Shown: positions 16,594 through 27,296, counted from the stretch's first letter. The stretch is DNA of 64,000 nucleotides from Paludibacteraceae bacterium (GCA_051870995.1 JBJECK010000036.1:4742-68741); one strand, 5' to 3'. Notes: a model not told the origin generated them from the sequence alone. Program-made: numbers and translations.

Positions 16594-17610
16594 GCTACTG
16601 CCATGGAACAAGACAAGGGCAATATCATCATATACCAATCGCAAGACGGCGCCACCCGGCTGACTGCCCGCCTTGAGAACGAAACCATTTGGCTCACTCA
16701 AAAGTCAATGGCAGAGTTGTTTGGTGTAGGAGTTCCTGCTATCAACAAGCATCTTGGCAATATCTTCGACAGTGGAGAATTGCAGCCTGATGCAGTTGTT
16801 TCCAAAATGGAAATAACTGCTGCGGACGGGAAACACTATCTTACAAACTTCTACAACCTCGATGCCATCATCTCTGTCGGCTATCGTGTTAATTCCCAGC
16901 GCGCTACACAGTTCCGCATATGGGCAACGCAAGTATTGAAAGAATACATCATCAAGGGCTTTGCGCTAAACGATGAACGCTTGAAGAACCCGCATGGCTA
17001 CACCGACTATTTTGACGAGTTGCTGGCGCGCATCCGCGACATACGCGCCTCCGAAATGCGTTTCTACCAGAAACTGCGGGACCTCTTTGCCATGAGCATC
17101 GACTATGCACAACGTAACGTAGAGACGGACAAATTTTTCGCCGAAGTACAGAACAAACTGCTCTACGCCGTCACCCACAAGACCGCAGCGGAACTCGTGG
17201 TTAGCAGAGCCAACGCAGACCTGCCAAACATGGGGCTCACGACATGGAAAGGCACTATCGTGCGCAAGGAAGACATCTATATTGCCAAGAACTATCTCAC
17301 CCAAAGCGAGATAGACATGCTCAACAGGCTGACTGCCCTGTTCCTCGACTCTGCGGAGTTGCGCGTGCAGGAATATAAGGAACTCACACTTGACTACTGG
17401 CTTAACAGCACCGACGACCTGTTGCGCTTTCAAGGGAAAGAGATTTTGCAGAACGCAGGCACGGTCTCCAAGAAAGCCAAAGACCTGTTCGTAGAGAAGC
17501 ACTACGCCTTGTTTGACAAGCGCCGCAAAGAGCAGCAGGCTATAGAGGCGGACCTCCGAGACGAGCAAGAACTCAAAGCCATCGAACAGCAACTCAAAAA
17601 CCGCAAATAG
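16591..17610 (+). CDS. RhuM-family virulence-associated protein
   Basis: 339 aa. The sequence IIIYQSQDGATRLTARLENETIWLTQKSMAELFGV...NLDAIISVGYRVNSQRATQFRIWATQVLKEYIIKGF is characteristic of the RhuM family. Confidence 0.85.
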   Translation: MATAMEQDKGNIIIYQSQDGATRLTARLENETIWLTQKSMAELFGVGVPAINKHLGNIFDSGELQPDAVVSKMEITAADGKHYLTNFYNLDAIISVGYRVNSQRATQFRIWATQVLKEYIIKGFALNDERLKNPHGYTDYFDELLARIRDIRASEMRFYQKLRDLFAMSIDYAQRNVETDKFFAEVQNKLLYAVTHKTAAELVVSRANADLPNMGLTTWKGTIVRKEDIYIAKNYLTQSEIDMLNRLTALFLDSAELRVQEYKELTLDYWLNSTDDLLRFQGKEILQNAGTVSKKAKDLFVEKHYALFDKRRKEQQAIEADLRDEQELKAIEQQLKNRK

Positions 17611-17620
17611 TCCCGCACCT

Positions 17621-18838
17621 ATGAATACACCAACAGACATCCGGTCCATTATCGACTACATCAAGCAGTTCCTCCTCTACGGCAACACGGAGGCGGCGGC
17701 ACAGATTGGCTACACCTCCGACGAGCAGGAGTGGGCGAACTACCGCGTAGTGATTGTCCCGAACGGGCACCTTGGCAAAGACATCGTGCTCCCCGACATG
17801 GGACGCCCTGTCATAGAGCAGGCGGGCAAGACGTGCATCATCCGTACAGACCTGATTTACAACACGTTCTTCTTCATCTCCCGTGCCGAAGAACTGATCA
17901 ACCCGCAGCGCGACGAGCACGGACGTTTCTGTGCCCGCTACTCGCTGCTCGGGCAGGGCAACCGCCTGCAGATACCCATCATCGACGAGTACGCCCACAT
18001 CCTGATGAAGCGCCTCGAGTTGGACATCCCCGCCCGCAGATACAGCCATATATACCTCACCCACGACATTGATACCATCGACCGTTACCGCCACCTGCGC
18101 GGTTTCCTTGGAGGTATCTACCGCGGCGAGATACGCCAGGCTCTCAATGCCCTCACGGACATCCGCCGCGACCCCGCCTACACTTTCCCGTGGTTGATAG
18201 AGCAGGACGCCAAAGTGCCGAATGCCACCTGCATCTATTTCGTAAAGCACACCAACGGCAAGGGTTACGACTATCCGCAGTACAACCTCCGCGGCAGCGA
18301 TTTCCGGCACTTGCAGACCCTGCTGCAGAAAAGCGGAGCCCTGCTCGGAATACATTCGAGTTACTACGGCAACTCTATCAGCGAAGCGGTCAAACATCTA
18401 ACAGCACAGCGGTCTAACAGCAACGCGGTCTTGTTCCACCGCAGCCATTACCTCCGTTGCTCTATTGATAATATGCAAGCCCTCGCCGACGCAGGCATCA
18501 CGGACGATTTCACCATGGTGTTCCCCGACCGTGCGGGCTTCCGCTTGCAGACCACGCGTGCCGTGCGCTGGATCAATCCTCGCACGATGCAACTCACGCC
18601 GCTCACCCTCCACCCCCTCACCGTCATGGACTGCACGTTGAGCAACAGCAACTACATGGACCTGCAAACAGAAGACGAAGCCTACTTCTTCTGCGAACAA
18701 CTCTTCGACAAGGTCCGCCAATACGCCGGCGACATCACCCTCCTCTGGCACAACAGCATCTTCACTGCCGACAACTACCACAACGCCTTATATATCAAAC
18801 TTCTAAAAGGCCTCCGCCACTATTCAAAGACACTGTAA
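17621..18838 (+). CDS. Hypothetical protein, probable polysaccharide deacetylase-like (CE4-like) enzyme
   Basis: 405 aa. The LTHDIDT and GIHSSYY motifs resemble the metal and catalytic motifs of CE4-fold deacetylases. It is the first gene of a tightly packed glycan operon. The family call is tentative. Confidence 0.5.
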   Translation: MNTPTDIRSIIDYIKQFLLYGNTEAAAQIGYTSDEQEWANYRVVIVPNGHLGKDIVLPDMGRPVIEQAGKTCIIRTDLIYNTFFFISRAEELINPQRDEHGRFCARYSLLGQGNRLQIPIIDEYAHILMKRLELDIPARRYSHIYLTHDIDTIDRYRHLRGFLGGIYRGEIRQALNALTDIRRDPAYTFPWLIEQDAKVPNATCIYFVKHTNGKGYDYPQYNLRGSDFRHLQTLLQKSGALLGIHSSYYGNSISEAVKHLTAQRSNSNAVLFHRSHYLRCSIDNMQALADAGITDDFTMVFPDRAGFRLQTTRAVRWINPRTMQLTPLTLHPLTVMDCTLSNSNYMDLQTEDEAYFFCEQLFDKVRQYAGDITLLWHNSIFTADNYHNALYIKLLKGLRHYSKTL

Positions 18839-18842
18839 ACAT

Positions 18843-19925
18843 ATGCGCATCATAACCATCATAGGAGCCCGTCCCCAATTCATCAAAGCCGCCATTGTGA
18901 GCCATACCATCCGGCAGCACAATGCCTGCTCTTCTGTACAGATAGAAGAGACTCTGCTTCATACGGGGCAGCACTATGATTACAACATGAGCCAAATCTT
19001 TTTTGAAGAACTGAACATCCCCGCGCCCCGCTGGCATCTGTCCTGCAACGATTGTACGGTGGAGCAGATGCGCGACGCCATCGTTCCCCTCATAGACGGC
19101 AATGCGGACTACATCATGGTCTATGGAGACACCAATTCTACCCTTGCAGGTGCGCTAGCTGCCGAGCAATGCCATATACCGCTCATCCACATAGAGGCAG
19201 GTTTACGCAGTTTCAACACCCGCATGGCGGAAGAGCATAACCGCATCGAGACCGACAAACGCAGCCGGTTGCTTTTCTGCCCGACACGGACTGCCGTGGA
19301 AAATCTAAAACGCGAGGGCATCACCCGAGGCGTGTATCTGACAGGCGATGTGATGTATGATGCGTCTCTCTTCTTTACCGAACAGGCACACCAACGCTCA
19401 TGCCTCCTCGATAGCCTCCAAGTCGCCCCCAAACAATATCTTCTTGCTACAATCCATCGCGCCGAAACAACCGACCATCTGGAAAAGGTTGCCAATATCT
19501 TGCGTGCGTTTGCACAGATACCATACCCAATTATCCTTCCCCTGCACCCACGTACACAGAAAATGATAGACTCGTCTTCCTTGCTCATCGGTCTGCTCCA
19601 TGCTGCGTCCAATGTCCGCATTATCCATTCGGTAAGTTATACGGACATGCAACTGCTGGAGCACCATGCAATGTGCATCCTTACCGACTCCGGCGGCGTA
19701 CAGAAAGAAGCCTATTTCCACCGTGTGCCCTGTGTTACCATGCGCGAGGAAACCGAATGGGTGGAGACCGTGCAGACAGGCTGGAACACCCTTGTCGGCA
19801 CGGATACACAACAGATAGTGGACGCAGTACACAACCTCTCCACTCCGGCAACAACCATTTCCGAATACGGAAACGGGCACGCTGCCGAACAAATCATCGA
19901 ACTACTATTATGTCAAAACGCTTAA
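18843..19925 (+). CDS. wecB: UDP-N-acetylglucosamine 2-epimerase (non-hydrolysing)
   Basis: MRIITIIGARPQFIKAA...HTGQHYDYNMSQIFFEEL...GDTNSTLAGALAA...HIEAGLRS is the classic WecB signature. Confidence 0.9.
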   Translation: MRIITIIGARPQFIKAAIVSHTIRQHNACSSVQIEETLLHTGQHYDYNMSQIFFEELNIPAPRWHLSCNDCTVEQMRDAIVPLIDGNADYIMVYGDTNSTLAGALAAEQCHIPLIHIEAGLRSFNTRMAEEHNRIETDKRSRLLFCPTRTAVENLKREGITRGVYLTGDVMYDASLFFTEQAHQRSCLLDSLQVAPKQYLLATIHRAETTDHLEKVANILRAFAQIPYPIILPLHPRTQKMIDSSSLLIGLLHAASNVRIIHSVSYTDMQLLEHHAMCILTDSGGVQKEAYFHRVPCVTMREETEWVETVQTGWNTLVGTDTQQIVDAVHNLSTPATTISEYGNGHAAEQIIELLLCQNA

Positions 19926-21127
19926 TCATACTTTGTGACGGCTTTGGACCTCCCACCTATGGTCCCCGCATGACCCAATTGTGCAAACACTTGGCGAAAA
20001 GCGGCTGGGATATCACCCTGTTTACCGAACAGATGCAAGGGGAATCATATGTAGTACCGAATTGTACGTTCCATAGCCTATCCTACTACCATGGCGGGAA
20101 ATGGCGTACCAAGATACAATGGGCATTGGATAAGGTGTTTGACTGCAAAGAGCGAAAGTTTTATCGTTTTGTGAGCAAGCATGTTCAAGCAAATACGTTC
20201 GACATCATGCTATGCAGTTCGTTCAATGATTTCCCGTTGGAGACTGCTGCCCGCATAGCCAAAGAGAAGAACTTGCCTTTGGTAGTTGATTTGCGGGATA
20301 TTGCAGAGCAATGGGGCACGGAAAGTTATATGGTGCACCATTTGGGTATGGGACAAATAGGAAAATGGATTACGGCACGGTATCAACAACGAATGATAAA
20401 AAAACGTAATAACACCTTACGCCGTGCCAAGATTGTAACAACAATCTCCCCGTGGCATTGTCACATACTCAAGCAATATAACCCCGATACCCGCCTTATC
20501 TACAACGGCTACGACCCGGACACCTTTTATAAGACCACCCACGCAGTCCCTGTATTTATCATCTCCTATACAGGACGCATATACGACTTGTCTTTCCGCA
20601 ACCCGACCCCGTTGCTCCAAGCAGTGGCGGAACTATATCATCAGCAACAGATTGACAAAACGCTGTTCCAAGTGGTCTTCCATGTAGAAAGCGACCTATG
20701 CCAACCTTTGCGCGATATAGCACAGCGATTAGGTATAAGTGAGATATGCCGCATTGACGGCTATGTTCCAAGTAACGCCGCCCAAGAATTGCTGCGCAAC
20801 TCCGCCATCAGCGTTGTCTTGCTACAACAGGAGACTGCACAAGGTTCCCACGGCATTATGACCACCAAGTTTTTTGAGGCTTTGGGATGCGAGAAACCTG
20901 TCATCTGCACTCCCTCCGACAACGGTTGTCTGGCAGATACCATACGCGAAACCAACGCGGGCATTGCCTCTGGCGACGTGGAAGAAATCAAGGCATTCAT
21001 TCTAGAGAAGTACCACGAATGGCAAGCCAACGGCTACACACACCAAGCCGTCCGAAACAAAGAGTTATTCTCGCGTGAATACCAAGCACACCAATTCGAA
21101 AACCTGTTTCTGCAATGCCTACAGTAA
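19910..21127 (+). CDS. Glycosyltransferase (GT-B fold, GT4-like)
   Basis: The ATG at 19910 (MSKRLIILCDGFGPPTYGPR) overlaps the wecB end by 16 nt. The C-terminal motif FFEALGCEKPVICT is typical of GT4 enzymes. Confidence 0.7.
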   Translation: MSKRLIILCDGFGPPTYGPRMTQLCKHLAKSGWDITLFTEQMQGESYVVPNCTFHSLSYYHGGKWRTKIQWALDKVFDCKERKFYRFVSKHVQANTFDIMLCSSFNDFPLETAARIAKEKNLPLVVDLRDIAEQWGTESYMVHHLGMGQIGKWITARYQQRMIKKRNNTLRRAKIVTTISPWHCHILKQYNPDTRLIYNGYDPDTFYKTTHAVPVFIISYTGRIYDLSFRNPTPLLQAVAELYHQQQIDKTLFQVVFHVESDLCQPLRDIAQRLGISEICRIDGYVPSNAAQELLRNSAISVVLLQQETAQGSHGIMTTKFFEALGCEKPVICTPSDNGCLADTIRETNAGIASGDVEEIKAFILEKYHEWQANGYTHQAVRNKELFSREYQAHQFENLFLQCLQ

Positions 21128-21846
21128 GCGTCATAGTGCCCATCTACAACACCGCAGCCTACCTGTCCAGGTGCATTGAGTCAATTGTAAATCAGACATA
21201 TAGCGATTTGCAAATCATACTTGTCAATGACGGTTCTACGGACAACAGCGGTGCGATTGCCTGGGAATGGCAGGCAAAAGATGCGCGCATTGAGGTGTAT
21301 CACCAGCCCAACCACGGCTTATCCACCGCACGCAACACGGGTTTGCTCCATGCAAAAGGCGAATATCTTTGTTTCATTGATTCGGACGATTATATTGAAG
21401 CACAGTTTGTGCAAACATTGGTGGAAAATACAAGCGACAACACTGACTACATACAATTCGGGTATAAACGGGAGAATACGCACAATCAGATTATAGAAGA
21501 CAAAATACCGCATGGTCGTTACCAACTCACTTCTGCATGTCTTCGCCTGTATAAACGGAACTTTTTGCTGCGGCACCATTTGACATTCACTCCTGACATC
21601 CTATATGAAGATGTCATTTTTTCCACGCAACTATGGGCAACCCGTCCGAAAGTGTTTCTGCTGGAGTATAGCGGTTACCATTATACGCTACGCGAAGCCT
21701 CTATCACTTCCAAGCGCAACAAAGCAGCAGAAAAAACAGTCTTTCATTGTCTTACCAAACAATTGAAAGAAACGGAATCCTTTCGAGCAAAAGTCATCAT
21801 CATCTATACGATAATCCGACTAAAAATACATTTTCTAAAATCATGA
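21115..21846 (+). CDS. Glycosyltransferase family 2
   Basis: VSVIVPIYNTAAYLSRCIESIVNQTYSDLQIILVNDGSTDNS...FIDSDDY is the canonical GT2 N-terminal domain. The gene overlaps the upstream gene by 13 nt. Confidence 0.9.
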   Translation: MPTVSVIVPIYNTAAYLSRCIESIVNQTYSDLQIILVNDGSTDNSGAIAWEWQAKDARIEVYHQPNHGLSTARNTGLLHAKGEYLCFIDSDDYIEAQFVQTLVENTSDNTDYIQFGYKRENTHNQIIEDKIPHGRYQLTSACLRLYKRNFLLRHHLTFTPDILYEDVIFSTQLWATRPKVFLLEYSGYHYTLREASITSKRNKAAEKTVFHCLTKQLKETESFRAKVIIIYTIIRLKIHFLKS

Positions 21847-24215
21847 AAAAGTCTTTCTTTATATTATCATTACTTTTTATCCTTTCCCTTTCTGTATCTG
21901 CTACTACCTATTATGCTTCGCCGAAGGGGAGCGGCGACGGTAGCAGTTACACCAAGCCCTGCTCATTTAGCACGGGTATCGGGAAACTGAAAAACGGAGG
22001 CGACACGCTGTATCTTTTGGGCGGGCAGTATGACCTCGGCAACACCAAGATAAGCAGCAAGAATGGCAACAGCAATGCCTGTATTGTCATCTCCGGCTAT
22101 CCGGGCAAGCAAGCGATTCTGGACTTCCGCACCACCTCATACGGCACACGCGGATTGCAGATAGCCAACTCTTGTACTTACCTACATATCAAGAACTTGA
22201 CGCTGCGTTATTCCGGCAAAAACAACCTCTACAACGAGGGTAGTCACTGCATCTTCGAACACTTGGACATCTACGGTTCTTCCGACACGGGATGCCAAAT
22301 GAAGAACGGCGGCAACAATCTTATCAAGAATGTGGATTCGCACGACAACTTCGACTACCAGTTGGACAAGTCGGGCAACCTGACCGCCTGCGATTTCGGA
22401 GGCAATGCCGACGGCTTCGCCGACAAGCAGCACAGTGGGGCTCCCAACCACTACATCGGTTGCCGCAGTTGGAACAACTCGGACGACGGTTGGGATTTCT
22501 TCCAGCGTATCACAACAAGTGAGACCGTCATCGAGCAGTCTGTCTGCTACAAGAACGGTCCCGCTTACTACGATATGCGCAACCACCCGCGCTATCAGAC
22601 CGACAAAGCGTGGTTTGACCAGTTCAGCACACCGAGGACAGTGACAGATGCCGACGGCAACGAAGTTGTAGTCAGTTTGGAAAAATACCCCAACATGGGC
22701 AACGGCAACGGTTTCAAGTTGGGAGGCGGCTATACCGACCACAAGGTGCGTGTGCAACAATGTCTCGCCGTAGCCAACACCGTGAAGGGTTTCGACCAGA
22801 ACAACAACGACGGCACTATGGTGCTGTACAACAACACGGGGTATATGAACGGCTACGACTTCGGCTTTACCACAAAATACGGCACGCTTACCATCCAAAA
22901 CTGCCTGTCGTACCAAAGCCAAAACGGCAACGCCACGCAGTCCGCCACCACGCTTGTCAATTCCTATAACAGTTGGAATATCAAAGGATTGCAGGTTAGC
23001 ACAGCCGATTTCCAGTCCTTGGATACCACGCAAATCCTGCTTCCCCGCGATGCCGACGGCAGCCTGCCTGCCACCACTCTGCTCCATCTCGCCGCAGGCT
23101 CTGCACTGATAGATGCCGGCACGGATGTGGGGCTTGACTATACCGGCACCGCGCCCGACCTCGGATGCTACGAGACCGACGGCGTACTGCATCCGACCAT
23201 CACCTGCATCTCCGCCAACGCGGAGCAATGGGTTGCTGCCAATGAAGAGATACAACCCATTGTTTTCCAATGGGGCGGCGCGGCAACACGGCTCACATGC
23301 AGCAGTCTGCCCGCCGGCATCACCTACAAGATAAGCAACAACGGGCACACGCTGACCCTCTCGGGAAGCATAGAGCGAGCAGGCACCTATACTATCACCG
23401 TCTCCACCGTGTCGGACATGGCGGAGGTCAACAGCCTCACCGCCACGCTGCATGTCAAGTCTGCCAATGCCCGCAAAGTGGCATATATCACACTACCAGA
23501 CAGTCCCGAAGACGCACTCATTCTCAACAAGTTACGCCACAGCGATTCAATAAGCGTCAGCGAATTGGATGCCAACAGCACCGACGCGGACTATTCCTCT
23601 TACGATGTGCTTATTCTCGGCGCGAAACCCAACAGCGGCGCGGCAGCCTTTGCGCAACTCAAAGGCTACGACAAACCCATGCTCGTACTGAAGCCCTTCC
23701 TCTACAAAAACACCGTATGGAGCTGGGGCTCGCCCGTCAATACACAAGATGTAAGCGTAATCGTATCTGACACCAATCACCCTATCTTCCAACATATCCA
23801 ATTCCATGATTCGAATAGATTAACCCTGTTCACACAGTGCAAGACAAATGCAGTAACCGCTATCAGTGATTGGACGATAGACAATAGTTGCTTGGCTTCG
23901 CCTATTTCCGAGCCAACCTATACAAGCATTGCCGATATGCCTGCAGGGACAATCATGAATGGGACTACACTCACACAACGATTGATAACTATCGGCGTCT
24001 CAGAATATAGTACTGCCTATCTTACGGAAGACGGTCTGCAACTTATTGAGAATGCTATTTACTACTTATTAGGTTTACCTATCCCTGCACCTTCTACACA
24101 CCTGCATACACCTATAATCCCCTCCACTGCGACCAAGATACTTACACCAAATGGCGTGCGCATCTGTAGTAACAGGAAATGCTATAACTTGTTGGGACTC
24201 GTAGTACCTAATTAA
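21843..24215 (+). CDS. Secreted right-handed parallel beta-helix (pectate-lyase-fold) protein with extra C-terminal domains
   Basis: The ATG at 21843 overlaps the GT2 stop (ATGA). A signal peptide MKKSFFILSLLFILSLSVSA is present. Repeated ...N.I.N. turns such as LHIKNLTLRYSG, FEHLDIYGS and LIKNVDSHDN, plus WNNSDDGWDFF, are typical of beta-helix lyases/hydrolases. Confidence 0.6.
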   Translation: MKKSFFILSLLFILSLSVSATTYYASPKGSGDGSSYTKPCSFSTGIGKLKNGGDTLYLLGGQYDLGNTKISSKNGNSNACIVISGYPGKQAILDFRTTSYGTRGLQIANSCTYLHIKNLTLRYSGKNNLYNEGSHCIFEHLDIYGSSDTGCQMKNGGNNLIKNVDSHDNFDYQLDKSGNLTACDFGGNADGFADKQHSGAPNHYIGCRSWNNSDDGWDFFQRITTSETVIEQSVCYKNGPAYYDMRNHPRYQTDKAWFDQFSTPRTVTDADGNEVVVSLEKYPNMGNGNGFKLGGGYTDHKVRVQQCLAVANTVKGFDQNNNDGTMVLYNNTGYMNGYDFGFTTKYGTLTIQNCLSYQSQNGNATQSATTLVNSYNSWNIKGLQVSTADFQSLDTTQILLPRDADGSLPATTLLHLAAGSALIDAGTDVGLDYTGTAPDLGCYETDGVLHPTITCISANAEQWVAANEEIQPIVFQWGGAATRLTCSSLPAGITYKISNNGHTLTLSGSIERAGTYTITVSTVSDMAEVNSLTATLHVKSANARKVAYITLPDSPEDALILNKLRHSDSISVSELDANSTDADYSSYDVLILGAKPNSGAAAFAQLKGYDKPMLVLKPFLYKNTVWSWGSPVNTQDVSVIVSDTNHPIFQHIQFHDSNRLTLFTQCKTNAVTAISDWTIDNSCLASPISEPTYTSIADMPAGTIMNGTTLTQRLITIGVSEYSTAYLTEDGLQLIENAIYYLLGLPIPAPSTHLHTPIIPSTATKILTPNGVRICSNRKCYNLLGLVVPN

Positions 24216-24234
24216 ACCGCAAAACACTAATACC

Positions 24235-25518
24235 ATGGATCTACTGCAATTACTTCATCAAGAAGTCGTGCCTGCGATAGGGTGTACAGAGCCGATGGCT
24301 GTGGCACTCTGTATCGCAAAAGCAAAAGAGCGGTTAGGCGGAGAGCCTGCCTCTATTTACGTAGCTCTAAGCAAGAATATATATAAGAATGCACTGGCAG
24401 TAGGTATTCCTAATACAGATATGACGGGGCTTCCTATTGCTATCGCATTAGGTGCTACTATAGGTAAGAGCCAATATCAGTTGGAGGTCTTGCGTGACGT
24501 TACTCCCAAAGCCGTAGAGTATGCCAAACAATATATAGAGCGCACACCTATCACCATCGAAATGGATATGCATGCTCCGGATATATTATATATCCATGCT
24601 GAGGTCAGACGTAGATTCGACAGTATAGAACATACTGCCACGGCAACAATCCAAGGTTCGCATACACATTTCGTAGATAAGGACTCTGTTCATACATCAA
24701 GCCTTGATACACAGCTGACATATACGAACAACTCACTAAAGTTACTCGATGTGTACCATTTTGCCACCACAACTCCATTAAACGATGTACGTTGGCTGTT
24801 AGATGGAGCAAAGATGAATATCCGCGCAGCCGAACAATCGTTTGAAGGCAATTACGGGCATGGTCTCGGTAGGTTGCTTCACAGAGACAATATTTCTGCA
24901 TCATCACCCATTGAAACAATCTTCGGCGACACATTGTTCACTAAGATACTCAGTTATACCAGTGGAGCATGCGACGCACGCATGGCTGGAGCAATGATGC
25001 CTATTATGAGCAATTCAGGTTCCGGCAATCAGGGGATATCCTGTTCTATTCCTGTCTATCTCTATGCTACCGAACATCAATGCTCTGAAGAACAAACTCT
25101 TCGGGCACTAACTCTGAGCAACTTGACCGTCATTTATATCAAACAATCCCTCGGCCGCCTTTCCGCTCTATGCGGATGCGTAGTTGCCGCTACAGGTTCA
25201 GCCGCAGGTATCACATACCTTATGGGAGGAGGCTATACAGAAATAACGTATGCTATCAAAAATATGATAGCCAATATATCCGGCATGATATGCGACGGTG
25301 CCAAACCCGGCTGCGCCCTAAAAGTAACAAGCGGCGTTGCAACCGCCATCCTGTCCGCCTCTTTGGCTATGCAACATTCGTTTGCCGACAGCACAGAAGG
25401 AATCGTTGAAGACGACATAGACCGCACCATACACAACCTGACACGTATTGGTAGAGACGGCATGACACAAACCGATGATTTGATATTGGATATTATGACT
25501 CATAAACATATAAGATAA
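24235..25518 (+). CDS. UPF0597/YhaM-type L-cysteine desulfidase (serine dehydratase alpha-chain-like)
   Basis: 427 aa. The sequences VVPAIGCTEPMAVALC and SGSGNQG...ICDGAKPGCALK are conserved family motifs. Confidence 0.8.
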   Translation: MDLLQLLHQEVVPAIGCTEPMAVALCIAKAKERLGGEPASIYVALSKNIYKNALAVGIPNTDMTGLPIAIALGATIGKSQYQLEVLRDVTPKAVEYAKQYIERTPITIEMDMHAPDILYIHAEVRRRFDSIEHTATATIQGSHTHFVDKDSVHTSSLDTQLTYTNNSLKLLDVYHFATTTPLNDVRWLLDGAKMNIRAAEQSFEGNYGHGLGRLLHRDNISASSPIETIFGDTLFTKILSYTSGACDARMAGAMMPIMSNSGSGNQGISCSIPVYLYATEHQCSEEQTLRALTLSNLTVIYIKQSLGRLSALCGCVVAATGSAAGITYLMGGGYTEITYAIKNMIANISGMICDGAKPGCALKVTSGVATAILSASLAMQHSFADSTEGIVEDDIDRTIHNLTRIGRDGMTQTDDLILDIMTHKHIR

Positions 25519-25520
25519 AA

Positions 25521-27296
25521 ATGAAAAGCAGAATTATCAACCTCTTATTTGCGCTATTGTGCACACTTGTTCTACATGCAGAAGATGCTGTTTATCAAGA
25601 AATCAACTACACTATCAATCCCGACTTTGGGACAGCCGAAGTTGCCCAAAACTTCAAAGTAAGCGGAGAATTGTTCATTCCCGACGAGATTACTATAGAC
25701 GCCGAGACTTACCGTGTAACCTCTATTGTAGACAAAGCGTTCAAAGGATGCAAGAACTTAACAGCAATAGTTCTACCAAAGTCTATTGAACGTATCTATC
25801 GTAGTGCTTTCGAGGGAACAGGTATTATGCTAAACAAAAACAATTGGGCAGAAGGGGCATTATATATAGACAGTTGCTTAATCGCTACAGACAAGACTAT
25901 TAAGGGGAAATACATTATTCCGGAAGGCACACGCGTAATCGCAGCAGGAGCATTCAAGGACAACAAATCACTCACACGCGTGGAGTTTCCGTCCTCTGTC
26001 ACTCGTATTGACCACGAGACATTCCGCAACTGCAAAAACTTAACGCGGGCAGTCATTCCCACTACTATCACCTCCATAGGTGAAGATGCTTTTACCAATT
26101 CCGGCATTTATAACAACGATAAGAAGTGGAAGAAAGGAGCATTGTATATTGACGGCTGCTTGATTGCCGTTAACGATAATGCCCCTGCCAAGTTTGTCTT
26201 CAAAAACAAATTCCCTACCCGGCTGATAGCCGAACGGGCATTTGCCAACAACAAGCAAATCAAGTCGGTCGTTATTCCTGCAGGTATTGATAATATTCCT
26301 GCTGCCGCTTTCTACCAATGCGAAAACTTGACTGAGATTGTTATTCCTACAACTGTCCAACGTGTAGGTAACTTCGCTTTCTATGGCTGCACTCTTCTCA
26401 AAACGGCTCCCCTACCGGACGCCGTACACGAAATCGGCATGGGCGCGTTCTACGGCTGCCGAAATCTACGTGAGCAAAAGTTATCCAACGAAGTCAAGAT
26501 TATCCCGCAGGCATGTTTCTATATGTGCCATACAATAAAGTACTTCACTTTGCCCACCCAACTACGCAAGATAGACAATGGCGCCTTCGGAGGATGCTCG
26601 TCATTAGAGAATATCAAATTCCCTGCCAGCGTAGAAGAAATAGGCGAGATGGCATTTGCAGGTTGTGCATCCCTAACAGAAATCACCTTGCCGGAGAAAC
26701 TGCCCAGCCTGAGCAAAGGACTATTCCAAAGTTGTACACACCTGCGCAAAGTAGTGCTGCCGGAAGGCACATACGCTATAGGAGACGAAGCTTTCAAAGG
26801 GTGTGTCGCACTTATGAATGTCAACATTCCAAAATCAACTTTCCGTATAGGGAAATACGCATTCCAGAACTGCCAACAGATGCACGGTATCGCTCTTGTC
26901 AACCATATACACGTTATTGAAGAAGGTGCTTTCAAAGAGTGCAAGATGTTGGAAGAAATCATACTGCCGGAGCAATTAACTGTACTAAGCAAGAACGTAT
27001 TTGCACAATGTATCAGCCTTCGCAGTATCAAGTTCAACACGCGGCTCCGTATAATAGAGCAAGCGGCTTGTGCCGATTGCCGCCAGCTACGCGAGTTAAC
27101 TCTCACAGATAGCATTCAAATCATAGGAGACGAAGCGTTTATGGGATGCAAGAACTTGCGCAAAGTAGTATATCCAAAGGGTTTACGCAAGATAGGAACG
27201 GCCGCTTTCAAAGATTGCGAGAGTCTCCTTGCTCCTATGTTTCCGAGCGATATCGTCATCGGCAGAAATGCGTTCAAAGGCTGCAAAGAACGCTAA
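25521..27296 (+). CDS. BspA-type leucine-rich repeat surface protein
   Basis: A signal peptide is followed by more than 20 repeats of about 23 aa of the form ..I...AF..C..L..I.LP.. Confidence 0.85.
   Translation: MKSRIINLLFALLCTLVLHAEDAVYQEINYTINPDFGTAEVAQNFKVSGELFIPDEITIDAETYRVTSIVDKAFKGCKNLTAIVLPKSIERIYRSAFEGTGIMLNKNNWAEGALYIDSCLIATDKTIKGKYIIPEGTRVIAAGAFKDNKSLTRVEFPSSVTRIDHETFRNCKNLTRAVIPTTITSIGEDAFTNSGIYNNDKKWKKGALYIDGCLIAVNDNAPAKFVFKNKFPTRLIAERAFANNKQIKSVVIPAGIDNIPAAAFYQCENLTEIVIPTTVQRVGNFAFYGCTLLKTAPLPDAVHEIGMGAFYGCRNLREQKLSNEVKIIPQACFYMCHTIKYFTLPTQLRKIDNGAFGGCSSLENIKFPASVEEIGEMAFAGCASLTEITLPEKLPSLSKGLFQSCTHLRKVVLPEGTYAIGDEAFKGCVALMNVNIPKSTFRIGKYAFQNCQQMHGIALVNHIHVIEEGAFKECKMLEEIILPEQLTVLSKNVFAQCISLRSIKFNTRLRIIEQAACADCRQLRELTLTDSIQIIGDEAFMGCKNLRKVVYPKGLRKIGTAAFKDCESLLAPMFPSDIVIGRNAFKGCKER

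Noticed and set aside
24130-24215. A possible T9SS C-terminal sorting domain at the end of the beta-helix protein (...KILTPNGVRICSNRKCYNLLGLVVPN).
   Set aside because: Only the last few residues faintly resemble the Y.L.G..V ending. The segment is much shorter than a real CTD and I cannot support it without a profile search.
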